From assembly GCA_963739865.1 (NCBI GenBank), contig CAVUCA010000001.1:16748-80747 (forward strand): a stretch of 64,000 nucleotides of DNA. The letters run 5' to 3'. This stretch comes from an uncultured Chloroflexia bacterium (GTDB lineage: Bacteria > Chloroflexota > Dehalococcoidia > Dehalococcoidales > UBA2162). The notes below the pieces were generated by a model. It ran no database searches, had not been told where the DNA came from, and worked only from the letters and a program-made list of their open reading frames with translations. Positions 47,334 through 56,780 of the stretch are shown here, in pieces (the stretch's first letter is position 1; each line of letters starts with the position of its first letter). The position numbers and the translations under genes were made by a program.

Positions 47334-47523
47334 TATCGCCCGGCTGGCGGTGCTGTTATAAACTTTTAAACCACTTATAATTAAGGTATAAATAGTGAAA
47401 GATAGCAATCCCGGGCCTGCTGGAGAGGCTGCCGGACTTTTTAAATGTCCGGGGGCTTTAGGCCGGGGGGATGCTGTACGGTCGAAGTCCTTTTACCGGG
47501 TAAATTATGCAAAGGGGGGGCAA

Positions 47524-49362
47524 ATGTCAACATTCAGAAACCGTATTCTAAAGGTCGATCTTTCCACTTCTACATTCTCGGAAGAATCCTTCGACGAAAG
47601 GGTGGTACATGACTATCTAGGAGGCCGCGGCTTCGGGGCGAAGATGCTTTATGACCGCCTGCAACCCGGCACCGACCCGCTGGGAGAAGACAACCTCCTG
47701 ATATTCGTCGCCGGGCCGCTGGCGGGGACGCATGCGCAGTCTTTCTCGCGGACGAAGGTATTCTTCAAATCACCACTCACCGGCGGTTATTTCAAGAGTG
47801 CTGCCGGCGGCTTCTGGGCGCCGGAACTCAAGTATGCGGGTTTCGACGCCATCATTGTCCGCGGCATCGCCGAAAAACCGGTCTATCTCTGGGTGCACGA
47901 TGGGAAATATGAGCTGCGTGATGCCGGTTACTTGTGGGGGCTGGATTGTGATGACACGCATACTTTAATACGTGAGGAATTGCACGATCCCAGGGTCCGC
48001 CTGGCCTGTATCGGCCCGGCGGGAGAGAACGGGGTGCGCTACGCCGGGATATTTACCGACCGCCGGGCAGCAGGGCGCGGGGGTGGCGGCATGGTGATGG
48101 GGGCGAAGAAACTGAAGGCCATTGCCTGCCGCGGCGAACAACCGGTGGAAGCAGCGGACAAGGAAGCCTTCGCCAGTGCCATCAAGGAACAACTGGCCGC
48201 GTACCGGGCGAACCCGGCCTGCGTTAATTTCGCTAAGACGGGGACCCAGATCGCTGAATTTACCAATCTCCTGGGAATGTATCCGGTACGGAATTTCCGG
48301 GAAGGGGTTCTACCTAACTGGCAGGCGATCGAGGGCGATGCCTATGCGAAGTTAAGAGCCCGTAAGGAAGGTTGCTATGCCTGTTCCGTGCATTGCGGCA
48401 ACCTGACCCGGGTTTATACCGGAGAATATGCCGGAGCCTGGACGGAAGGCCCGGAATATGAATCAACCTGGGCTTTTACCGGGCCGATGGGTAAAGCGGA
48501 CATCGGGTTGACCATCGCCGCCGACAAACTTTGCGATGACATGGGAATGGATACCATCACCGCCGGGTCGACGATCGGCTTTGCTTATGAACTGTTCGAG
48601 AAAGGCCTTATCACCAAGAAGGATACCGGCGGCATCACCCTGAAATACGGCGACAACCGCCACGTGATGGACCTGCTCCGGCAGATCGCTTATAGAAAGG
48701 GATTTGGCAACCTCCTGGCGGAAGGGTCCATCCGGGCAGCCCGCCAGCTTGGACATGAGGCGGAAAAGTACGCCATCCAGGTAAAAGGGTTGGAACTACC
48801 GGCATACGACCCGCGCGGCGCCAAAGCCCACGGCCTTAACCTGATGACCTCCAATATCGGAGCCGACCATAACTCCGGTTACGGCGGCCAGGAAGTGTTC
48901 GGTTCACCGGTCCCATTCCCCGTGGACCGTTTTGAAGTCAAGCGGAAAGGGGAACTGACGAAGTGGAACCAGGACCAGACGGCGATGTTGGAGACGGGCA
49001 TCATCTGCAGCTTCGTGCCCTCCTGGGGCGGCATCACCGAGGAAGTATTCGGTAAACTGATGGCGGCCGGCACCGGCACGGCGGATTTTGCAGACGTGAA
49101 GTACCTGTGGACGGTTGGCGAGCGCATCTATAACCTGGAGCGGATGTTCAATGTCCGCGAAGGTTTCGGCAGTAAAGATGATGTGATGCCGGAACGCTTT
49201 TCTACGGAGACGCTGCCGGAGGGGCCGTCGAAAGGCCATATCTTCGAGCAAAATGAACTGCGCCGGGACTATTACCTGGCACGGGGTTGGGATGTAGATA
49301 CCGGGATCCCCGGCAGAGTGAAACTAGAGGAATTAGGCCTGGCTTATACGATCGGGAAATAA
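47524..49362 (+). CDS. aldehyde:ferredoxin oxidoreductase (tungsten-containing AOR family), paralogue 1
   Basis: ATG 47524 with SD GGGGGGG (ORF-track start 47395 lies upstream without SD); MSTFRNRILKVDLSTSTFSEE…; [4Fe-4S] ligands EGCYACSVHC; C-terminal AOR domains. Confidence 0.9.
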   Translation: MSTFRNRILKVDLSTSTFSEESFDERVVHDYLGGRGFGAKMLYDRLQPGTDPLGEDNLLIFVAGPLAGTHAQSFSRTKVFFKSPLTGGYFKSAAGGFWAPELKYAGFDAIIVRGIAEKPVYLWVHDGKYELRDAGYLWGLDCDDTHTLIREELHDPRVRLACIGPAGENGVRYAGIFTDRRAAGRGGGGMVMGAKKLKAIACRGEQPVEAADKEAFASAIKEQLAAYRANPACVNFAKTGTQIAEFTNLLGMYPVRNFREGVLPNWQAIEGDAYAKLRARKEGCYACSVHCGNLTRVYTGEYAGAWTEGPEYESTWAFTGPMGKADIGLTIAADKLCDDMGMDTITAGSTIGFAYELFEKGLITKKDTGGITLKYGDNRHVMDLLRQIAYRKGFGNLLAEGSIRAARQLGHEAEKYAIQVKGLELPAYDPRGAKAHGLNLMTSNIGADHNSGYGGQEVFGSPVPFPVDRFEVKRKGELTKWNQDQTAMLETGIICSFVPSWGGITEEVFGKLMAAGTGTADFADVKYLWTVGERIYNLERMFNVREGFGSKDDVMPERFSTETLPEGPSKGHIFEQNELRRDYYLARGWDVDTGIPGRVKLEELGLAYTIGK

Positions 49363-49366
49363 GACG

Positions 49367-49636
49367 TTGAAGATCGAAGTATTATTCTTCGGGCGCGCCC
49401 GTACCATTACGGGCGCCGCCCGGAAAACGGTAAACATCAGTGAAGGGGTGAAGTTAGCGGACCTGTTCCGGCTGCTGGACTGCCGCTATGACAACAAATT
49501 CAGCGGTGAATTTAAGGATTTTAAAGGGCTGATGGTTATGATAAACGGCCGTCATTACAACTCGGTCGGCGGCCCGGATGCCCCGCTGAACGATAAAGAT
49601 ACGGTGGCTATCATGCCGGCGGTGGTGGGGGGGTAA
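49367..49636 (+). CDS. MoaD/ThiS family sulfur-carrier protein (C-terminal Gly-Gly)
   Basis: 89 aa, MKIEVLFFGRARTITGA…DTVAIMPAVVGG*; 4 nt after AOR stop. Confidence 0.8.
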   Translation: MKIEVLFFGRARTITGAARKTVNISEGVKLADLFRLLDCRYDNKFSGEFKDFKGLMVMINGRHYNSVGGPDAPLNDKDTVAIMPAVVGG

Positions 49637-49931
49637 ATTTCCGGCCGTGCTTGACCACCACCGTCGGCTGGTCGCGCCGGTAGACGGAAAATACCCCCGG
49701 TGAGGTCTCGATCACCCGGGTGTGGTAGCCGTGTTTGTGGTATTTAAGGGCTTCTTTATTGGCGGCATTTTTGTTGTCACAGGTGTGTTTGAGCAGGAAA
49801 AGGCGGCCGTTGAAAAATTTCTGCGCCGGGGTACCGGTAGCCCCGGTAATCGCAGGGATGCCGGTACGGCCGATGTCCCGGGTTTGTTGCTCGAAAGCCC
49901 TCGCTTTGATTTCTTTTTCGTCATCGAACAT
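49611..49931 (-). CDS. hypothetical protein (106 aa; C-terminal PPPPPA)
   Basis: ATG 49931 (MFDDEKEIKARAFEQ…) with SD GAGGAGGG 8 nt upstream; ORF-track start 49955; 3' end overlaps MoaD gene convergently by 26 nt. Confidence 0.45.
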   Translation of the reverse strand: MFDDEKEIKARAFEQQTRDIGRTGIPAITGATGTPAQKFFNGRLFLLKHTCDNKNAANKEALKYHKHGYHTRVIETSPGVFSVYRRDQPTVVVKHGRKFTPPPPPA

Positions 49932-50102
49932 CGAGGCGACCCTCCTCTTCACCACATAGGTAATAGTTGACGGAATACTATCTTATAACATCATCAAGGC
50001 ATTTATTAACAGTATTACCGATGAACCGGATAAATTCATTATAATAAAAATACGGGGATGTTTCTTAACAACGTAAGGGAAAAACACCATGATCAAGTCC
50101 GA

Positions 50103-50131
50103 TTGACAAATTGACGGATAGTATATAGAAT
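50103..50131 (+). promoter_or_regulatory. putative sigma-70 promoter of AOR paralogue 2 (TTGACA-17 nt-TAGAAT)
   Basis: TTGACA 50103-50108, 17-nt spacer, TAGAAT 50126-50131; leaves ~160-nt structured 5' leader before ATG 50298. Confidence 0.45.
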
Positions 50132-50297
50132 GCCGTACAATGATGGTCACATAGGACTGGACTTGCTGTCACCTAACGGGCAAGTGACATCCCCTTTCCG
50201 GGCACTTCATAAGTAGGTAATCAGGATACTAATAAGGAAAGAAGTGGGCTGGAGAAACACTTATTACCTTAAGTTTTATGCAGGAGGGAGTAATACA

Positions 50298-52268
50298 ATG
50301 GCAGAAATCAACCGACCCGATGATAATAAAAGCGGTCCCGGAAGGCCGGGCGGCCCTGGTGGGCCGGGAGGACCTCCGGGAGGCCCCGGCGGCCCTCCCG
50401 GTTTCCCCCCCATGCCTTCTTTCCCTGAAGTAGCCGGCGGCTATAACGGCAAGTTATTAAGAGTTAATCTCACGGCCGGTTCCGCAGTTACGGAAAAATT
50501 GAGTTACGATTTTTGCCGTAAATATATGGGCGGGGCCGGATTCGTCACTTATTTCCTGTGGAAAGAATTGAAAGCCGGCATTGATCCGCTTGGTCCGGAG
50601 AATAAACTCATCTTCGCCCTGGGGCCGGTATCCGGTTTACAGCTTCCCGGGGCTGCCAGGTTCTGCATCGGCACCAAATCCCCGTTAACGGGTACGATCG
50701 CCAAATCCGAATCCGGCGGTTTTATAATGGCCGAATTAAAACGGGCCGGGTTCGATGCGATTATTATCGAAGGTAAAGCGGCCAAGCCGGTATACCTCTG
50801 GGTCCAGGATGGCAAGGCGGAGATCAAAGACGCCGCTAATCTATGGGGCAAAGAGACCAAGGAGACCCGGGATATCATCAGGACCGAGTTAGGCGACGAC
50901 CACATCCAGGTAGCTTCGATCGGCATCGGCGGGGAGAATCTGGTACGGTACGCCTGTATCATGGGCAGCCTGTATGATGCCGCGGGGCGGGGTGGCACCG
51001 GGGCGGTGATGGGTTCGAAAAACCTGAAAGCGATCGCTATCCGGGGACATCAGCAGCCCGCCGTGGCCAACGACGAAGCGATCAAGGCGATCCGGCAGCA
51101 GATGATGGCCCGTCCGTCGCCCATGTCACAACTGGGGACCGGCGGCCCGGACATGGTGATGGGCATGAACTCGGGCAACCTGCCGGTGCGTAATTTCCGT
51201 GACGGCATGTTCCCCGATGTGGAAAAGATCCATGCCGGAGTCATCAAAGATACTATCCGCGTCAAGATGGAAGGCTGTTATGCCTGCCCGGTACGCTGCA
51301 AGAAAGTCGTCAAGTTCGAAGAGCCGTACCCCTGCGACCCCGAATACGGCGGGCCGGAATATGAGACGCTGGCGGCATTGGGTTCCAACTGCGGGGTGAA
51401 CGACCTGAAAGCTATTTGCAAGGGCAACGAACGATGTAATGCCTATTCCATGGACACTATCTCGACTGGAGCGACCATTGCTTTTGCCATGGAATGTTTC
51501 GAAAAAGGGCTGATCACCAAAAAAGATACCAACGGCCTCGAACTGCGGTTCGGCAATGCCGAAGCGATGCTGCAAGCCATCGAACTGATCGCCCGGCGGG
51601 AAGATTTCGGCGGCCTGCTGGCGGAAGGGACCAAGCGCATGTCCGAGAAGATCGGCAAAGGTTCGGCGGACTTTGCCATGCATACGAAGGGCCTGGAACC
51701 CGGGATGCATGACCCGCGGGCGAAGCAGTTGCCGGGGCTGGGCATCGGTTATACCCTCAACCCGCACGGTGCCGATCACTGTTTCAGCATGGGCGGCGGC
51801 ACCGGGCCCATGGGCCTGGACCAGATGCACCAGTACGGCATCCTGCACCCGGTCCCGGATGATTATGGACCCAGCCGTATGGCAGTCTATAAATTGACCC
51901 ACAGCCTGGGAGCGGTTAAGGACTGCCTGGCCACCTGTATGTTCGCTTCGCCCAATGATACCGGTACCGTGGAGCTGGTCAAAGCGGTTACCGGATGGGA
52001 TACCGGGAGCGTAGAATTGATGAAGATCGGCGAGCGGGTGCTGACCCTGATGCGCTTGTTCAATGTGCGTGAGGGCTTCACCGCAGCCGATGACACTTTA
52101 CCGAAACGTTTCTACGGCCCCAAGACTGATGGGCCGTTAGCCGAGCAGTCGAAAGGTTTTGATAAAGAAAAGATGGATAAAGCCCGGGGTTATTATTACT
52201 TTTTCATGGGCTGGGATGCTGCCGGCGTACCCACTAAAGAAAAGGTCGCCGAACTGGGTATCGAATAA
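50298..52268 (+). CDS. aldehyde:ferredoxin oxidoreductase (AOR family), paralogue 2, with ~45-aa Pro/Gly-rich N-terminal extension
   Basis: ATG 50298 with SD CAGGAGGGAG; MAEINRPDDNKSGPGRPGGPGGPGGPPGGPGGPPGFPPMPSFPEVAGGYNGKLLRVNLTAG… then canonical AOR; [4Fe-4S] ligands EGCYACPVRC. Confidence 0.9.
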   Translation: MAEINRPDDNKSGPGRPGGPGGPGGPPGGPGGPPGFPPMPSFPEVAGGYNGKLLRVNLTAGSAVTEKLSYDFCRKYMGGAGFVTYFLWKELKAGIDPLGPENKLIFALGPVSGLQLPGAARFCIGTKSPLTGTIAKSESGGFIMAELKRAGFDAIIIEGKAAKPVYLWVQDGKAEIKDAANLWGKETKETRDIIRTELGDDHIQVASIGIGGENLVRYACIMGSLYDAAGRGGTGAVMGSKNLKAIAIRGHQQPAVANDEAIKAIRQQMMARPSPMSQLGTGGPDMVMGMNSGNLPVRNFRDGMFPDVEKIHAGVIKDTIRVKMEGCYACPVRCKKVVKFEEPYPCDPEYGGPEYETLAALGSNCGVNDLKAICKGNERCNAYSMDTISTGATIAFAMECFEKGLITKKDTNGLELRFGNAEAMLQAIELIARREDFGGLLAEGTKRMSEKIGKGSADFAMHTKGLEPGMHDPRAKQLPGLGIGYTLNPHGADHCFSMGGGTGPMGLDQMHQYGILHPVPDDYGPSRMAVYKLTHSLGAVKDCLATCMFASPNDTGTVELVKAVTGWDTGSVELMKIGERVLTLMRLFNVREGFTAADDTLPKRFYGPKTDGPLAEQSKGFDKEKMDKARGYYYFFMGWDAAGVPTKEKVAELGIE

Positions 52269-52398
52269 TATCACATCGCCGGGAGAGGTTGTACGGGCAA
52301 CAACTTTTCCCGGCTGAAATACTGGTAAGTGTGTATGCAGCCTGGAAAAGGGACGTTATACAGGTGTTACCAGGCAATGCTGTGCAAGGGAGGGTACG

Positions 52399-54251
52399 AT
52401 GTCACTGACTGGAGGTTACACCGGGAAAATTTTAAGGGTTGATCTCAGTACCGGCAAAATCACGACGGATACCCCGGACGAGGAGACCTACCGCAAGTTC
52501 CTGGGCGGAAACGGCCTGGGGTCAAAATACCTGTACGATGAGATTCCACGAGGTACGGAGTGGTCCGACCCGGATAATCTGCTTATGTTCATGGGAGGGC
52601 CGCTGTCCGGTACCCGGGTAAGCGGCTCCGGTACCTTCTCACTGGTCACCAAAGGTCCGATGACCAACATGGCCGGGCTATCGCAAGCCAACGGTTTTTT
52701 CGGGGCCTTTATGAAGTTTGCCGGCTTTGACGGCATCATCGTTAAGGGTAAAGCCGAACACTGGTCTTATCTTTATGTTCATGACGGCACCGCTGAAATT
52801 CGCGATGCCCGGCACCTGGCGGGGAAAGATACCTGGGAAACCGAAGATGCCGTAAAACAGGAAATCGGGAACCAGTGCAGCGTCTACACCATCGGCCCGG
52901 CGGGGGAGCACCTGGTGCGGTTTGCTGCGGTGATCGGGGACCACGGCCATGCTGCCGGACATAACGGCACGGGGGCGGTGATGGGCGTGAAAAAGCTGAA
53001 AGCCATCGTGGCCGAACGCGGCAAAGGGACGGTGAAAGTAGCCAATCCGGAACTTTTGGCAGAAAAAGCGACGGCCTTGATCGAAAATGCCATCAAACTG
53101 GACCCTATGCTGGAAAAGTGGGGCACCGCTTTTATTTTCCCGCGTATCTACCGGGGCGGGGCATTGCCGGTGAAAAATTACACGACTAATATCTTCCCGG
53201 AGCCGGAGCGGTTCGGCGGCGATGTTATCCGGACCAAGTTCAAAGTCACGACCACGACCTGCTGGGCGTGCCGCATGAGCCACTGCCGGATGACGGAAGT
53301 GACCGAAGGTCCGTATAAGGGGTTTGTCGGTGAAGAACCGGAATACGAAGGCCTGGCGGCGATGAGTTCGGTCATCGGCCAGGAAGACCCCGGGGCGGCC
53401 ATCATGTTAGCCAATCAGGTAGACCGCCTGGGCATGGACATCAACGAAAGCGGTTACCTGATCGGCTGGATCATGGAATGTTACGAGAAGGGCTGCTGAA
53501 GCAAAGCGACCTCGACGGCATGGAGATGAAGTGGGGCGATGCCGAGGCCACGCTCAAGATGCTGAAGAAGATCGCCAACCGGGAAGGCTGCGGCGATTTG
53601 TTCGGGGAGGGCGTGAAACGGGCGGCGGAGAAGGTGGGGGGAGAAGCCCTGGATTGTGCGATATTCACCAAAAAAGGGGCTTCGCCGCGCGGGCACGACC
53701 ACCGGGCGCGCTGGTCCGAACTTATCGATACCTGTTTATCCAATACCGGTACCGTGGAACTCAGCGGCGGCTTCCCGCACCCGGAGCAAGTCGGGCTGAC
53801 GCCCCTGCCGATGCAGGACCAGTTCAATGCTGTGGCGGTAGCGGTGATGAATGCCAAACTCAATGGGCGGCGGCAGTTCGAAGATTCTCTGGGCATCTGT
53901 TTCCTGGGGGCCCAGGACCTGCAGTTGCTTATCGATACCCTGAATGCTGCCACGGGATGGAATTTCGATATCCGTGAAGCCCTGGATGCCGGCCTGCGCA
54001 TCATAAATCAACTCCGGGTTTTTAATTTCCGGCACGGACTGAGTAAAGACCTGGAAGCACCTTCGGCCCGCTACGGTTCGGTCCCGGTCGACGGCCCGGC
54101 GCAGGGGAAAAATATCATGCCCTACTGGGAGGAGTTACGCAGTAAATACTACGCCCAGATGGGCTGGGACGCGGACACCGGCAAGCCGACCCGGGAAACC
54201 CTGGAAAAGTACGGCTTGGGGCATACTTTCTCAGAATTGAAAATACAATAA
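52399..54251 (+). CDS. aldehyde:ferredoxin oxidoreductase (AOR family), paralogue 3; frame interrupted once at ~53493
   Basis: ORFs 52399-53499 and 53478-54251 are N- and C-halves of one AOR: …IMECYEKG|LLKQSDLDGMEMKWGDAEA… is continuous if one C is restored in GGC(C)TGCTG; Cys motif TTTCWACRMSHC. Confidence 0.75.
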
Positions 54252-54364
54252 AACATTTTTACGGTATTTATTCTAACTGGTGAGGAGTTCTGATACGAGG
54301 CGGCTCCTTATTGAACCATTTGGCGTATGTTGTCAATCACGCTAGAGTCATGGGATAATCTTAT

Positions 54365-54802
54365 ATGACCAGACGCTCTATAAAGAAAAGAAAACTCAGA
54401 ACAAAAGCCCATCAAGTTTACGGTGGAGCCGGAGCTACTGGTAAAAATAACCCGCCAACAACTGCTGAGCAAACAGGCGACAATCCCCTGGATGTAAGTC
54501 ACCAAAAACTTGAAGTCACGAATATTGGCCTGGCACCTGAAGCGGGACAAACACCGCAGGGGATTGAACACGTTGAGCCTGAACAAGGATCACCGCCGTT
54601 GATCAAGGCATCGGACTTATTTACCTTCACGAAACGTACCTTGTCTGCTGAGGCGCGGGAAATACTTGCCAGGGTTGACGAAGGCGGCATACCCTTGATA
54701 GTAACACAGAATCTCGAGAGAATCGCTAAAGAGCACGGTATCGAGATCAGTAGAAAAATGACTCCGAATGATATAATCAGGCGGTTGCGCAATTTAGCCT
54801 GA
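54365..54802 (+). CDS. hypothetical protein with C-terminal Rho-N/HeH-like motif
   Basis: 145 aa; basic N-terminus, C-terminal …LERIAKEHGIEISRKMTPNDIIRRLRNLA resembling Rho termination factor N-terminal (HeH) motif. Confidence 0.45.
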   Translation: MTRRSIKKRKLRTKAHQVYGGAGATGKNNPPTTAEQTGDNPLDVSHQKLEVTNIGLAPEAGQTPQGIEHVEPEQGSPPLIKASDLFTFTKRTLSAEAREILARVDEGGIPLIVTQNLERIAKEHGIEISRKMTPNDIIRRLRNLA

Positions 54803-54859
54803 ATGAGTTGTACAACAGGGCAACCGATATTGCGATACCTGCCTGTTAAAGGAGCCAAC

Positions 54860-55042
54860 ATGGTGAAAGGTGTGGAATTTATTATTGATGATGTGGGACA
54901 GAAAAAGGCCGTTCTAATTGACCTTAAGCAACATAGAGAGATTTGGGAAGACTTCTATGACACCCTCCTGGTGAAAGAGAGAGAATCTGAGCCGCGAGAA
55001 TCTCTCAAAGAAGTCAAAAAGAAACTCCTTGGCCGGCCTTAA
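54860..55042 (+). CDS. type II antitoxin (Phd/YefM- or RelB-like small protein) – intact
   Basis: ATG 54860 with SD AAAGGAG (ORF-track start 54803); MVKGVEFIIDDVGQKKAVLIDLKQHREIWEDFYDTLLVKERESEP…; stop TAA abuts GTG of toxin ORF. Confidence 0.65.
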   Translation: MVKGVEFIIDDVGQKKAVLIDLKQHREIWEDFYDTLLVKERESEPRESLKEVKKKLLGRP

Positions 55043-55303
55043 GTGTCCCAATATTAAATAGTTTTCGCCCGCTCGGCTCGAAAGGAACTTCAAGCTATTT
55101 CTAGTAATGTTGCGGGACGTATCCTGGAGAAAGTTGAGTTACTTTCGTCAAACCCCAGGCCTTTCGGCTGTAAGAAATTTCGCGGACATTCCAGTCTTTG
55201 GTGAATACGGATTGGTGAATACCGCGTAATTTACAGCATTGACGATGATAAGCATGTTATCGATATATCAGTTGTCCGGCATAGAAGTGAAGCATATCGG
55301 TAA
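55043..55303 (+). pseudogene. RelE/ParE-family toxin inactivated by two in-frame nonsense substitutions (TAA at 55055-55057, TGA at 55202-55204)
   Basis: Single frame reads VSQY*IVFARSARKELQAISSNVAGRILEKVELLSSNPRPFGCKKFRGHSSLW*IRIGEYRVIYSIDDDKHVIDISVVRHRSEAYR*; matches RelE/ParE consensus (…F..A.KEL.KL…NP…G.K.L.G…LWRIRIGDYRIIY.ID…V.IL.V.HR); stops sit where K (AAA) and R (CGA) are expected. Confidence 0.65.
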
Positions 55304-55419
55304 TAACTTCAACGCAACAAAATCTCCCGCCTTGATTGACATAAATCCCGGGTAAATCTAGAATGGGTGCCATGTTAAGGGTTAAATAATTGCGAATAAA
55401 CCGCAAGGAGTGTGGCGAC

Positions 55420-56736
55420 ATGGCAGAAGCCCGGAAGATTTCCAAAGAAGACCAACAACTGAAAGACGCTATTCAGAAGAAGCACGGCAAGAGCGTCGAA
55501 GAGCTGCGCAAGGAGCGCGAAAAGCGGCTCTGGGATGCCCTGGAGTTGAAAGTACCGGACCGGGTACCGGTGATCTTCGGGGGCACTTTCTTTGCCTGTA
55601 AATTGGCCGGGATACCGTACTCGGCGGCTTATTACGATACCGCGGCCTGGAAGATGGCCTTCAAGAAGATGATCGTGGAAATAGACCCGGACTCGTACGG
55701 CTGGGAGCCGCGGGAGTCGGGGGTAGCTTTGGAAGCCCTGGCCACGAACTACACCCGTTGGCCGGGCGGCACCCTTCCCCCCGACGTGCCCTTCCAGATC
55801 GCCGAGAAAGAATACATGAAGGAAGAGGAATACGATATCTTCCTGACCGACCCCACCGACTACATGATACGTTACCTGCTGCCCCGGGTGTACGGGTCCC
55901 TGCAGCCGCTAGCCAAATTACCGCCCCTGATGGGTTTCGGGGCAAACGTCGAGCCGATCGCCCGCATACTAGCCTCGCCGGAATTCGTACCGGTGGTCAA
56001 GGCGATGCAGAAGGCCGGTAAGGCCGAAGCCAAACGGGAAAAGACCATCAGCACGATGATACAGGAAATGGCGGACCTGGGCTTCGCTGAACCCTTCCCC
56101 GCCCGCGGCGGCATCATGCCCCCCTTCTCCGGTTTCTCCAATACCTTCCGCACCTTCAACGGCGTGGTAAAAGACATGTACCGCCGCCCGGAAAAACTCA
56201 AAGCGGCGCTGCAGTTGATGCTCGATTTCCGCATCGCCCGCGCCACCCCGGCCGTCAAGCAAAAAGGGCGCCCGGCGATCGGCAGTTCGGGCGAAGCCCA
56301 CCGCGTTTCCGATGAATTCTTCTCCAACAAGCAGTTTGAGGAATTTGTCTGGCCTTACTGGAAGCAGGCTATGGATAAGACTTTTGAACTGGGTTACGAT
56401 ATCGTTTCCATGTTCTTCGAGGGGAGACGGGACAAGCAACTGCATTATTTCACCCAGTATCCCAAGCGCAGCATGCTGATCCGTTTCGCCGAATCCGATA
56501 TCTTCCGCGCCAAGGAGATGCTGGGCGACAAGGCCTGCATCATGGGCAACGTACCCATCGCCATGCTCCAGGTGGCCTCGCCTTCCGTAGTAGAGGAATA
56601 TTGCAAGAAGCTCATCGAAAAGGTGGGCAAGAACGGCGGCTTCATCCTGCGCTGCTCGACCGATTTTACCCAGGATGCCCGGCCGGAGAACGTCAAGGCC
56701 ATGATCAACTCGGTGGAGAAGTACGGGAGATACTAA
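55420..56736 (+). CDS. uroporphyrinogen decarboxylase (URO-D) family protein (second paralogue, ~438 aa)
   Basis: ATG 55420 with SD AAGGAG 9 nt upstream; C-terminal …CIMGNVPIAMLQVASPSVVEEYCKKLIEKVGKNGGFIL typical of URO-D/MtaA family. Confidence 0.7.
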   Translation: MAEARKISKEDQQLKDAIQKKHGKSVEELRKEREKRLWDALELKVPDRVPVIFGGTFFACKLAGIPYSAAYYDTAAWKMAFKKMIVEIDPDSYGWEPRESGVALEALATNYTRWPGGTLPPDVPFQIAEKEYMKEEEYDIFLTDPTDYMIRYLLPRVYGSLQPLAKLPPLMGFGANVEPIARILASPEFVPVVKAMQKAGKAEAKREKTISTMIQEMADLGFAEPFPARGGIMPPFSGFSNTFRTFNGVVKDMYRRPEKLKAALQLMLDFRIARATPAVKQKGRPAIGSSGEAHRVSDEFFSNKQFEEFVWPYWKQAMDKTFELGYDIVSMFFEGRRDKQLHYFTQYPKRSMLIRFAESDIFRAKEMLGDKACIMGNVPIAMLQVASPSVVEEYCKKLIEKVGKNGGFILRCSTDFTQDARPENVKAMINSVEKYGRY

Positions 56737-56780
56737 TACAGAAACACTAAATATCTAAATCCAAAAAAAATCGAAATACC

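Noticed and set aside
20084-55204. Genome-wide stop-codon reassignment (TGA or TAA sense) as explanation for in-frame stops in NifU-like and toxin genes
   Set aside because: Dozens of long ORFs end at TGA/TAA/TAG with conserved C-termini and no other internal stops; recoding would have to be site-specific (Sec), not global.
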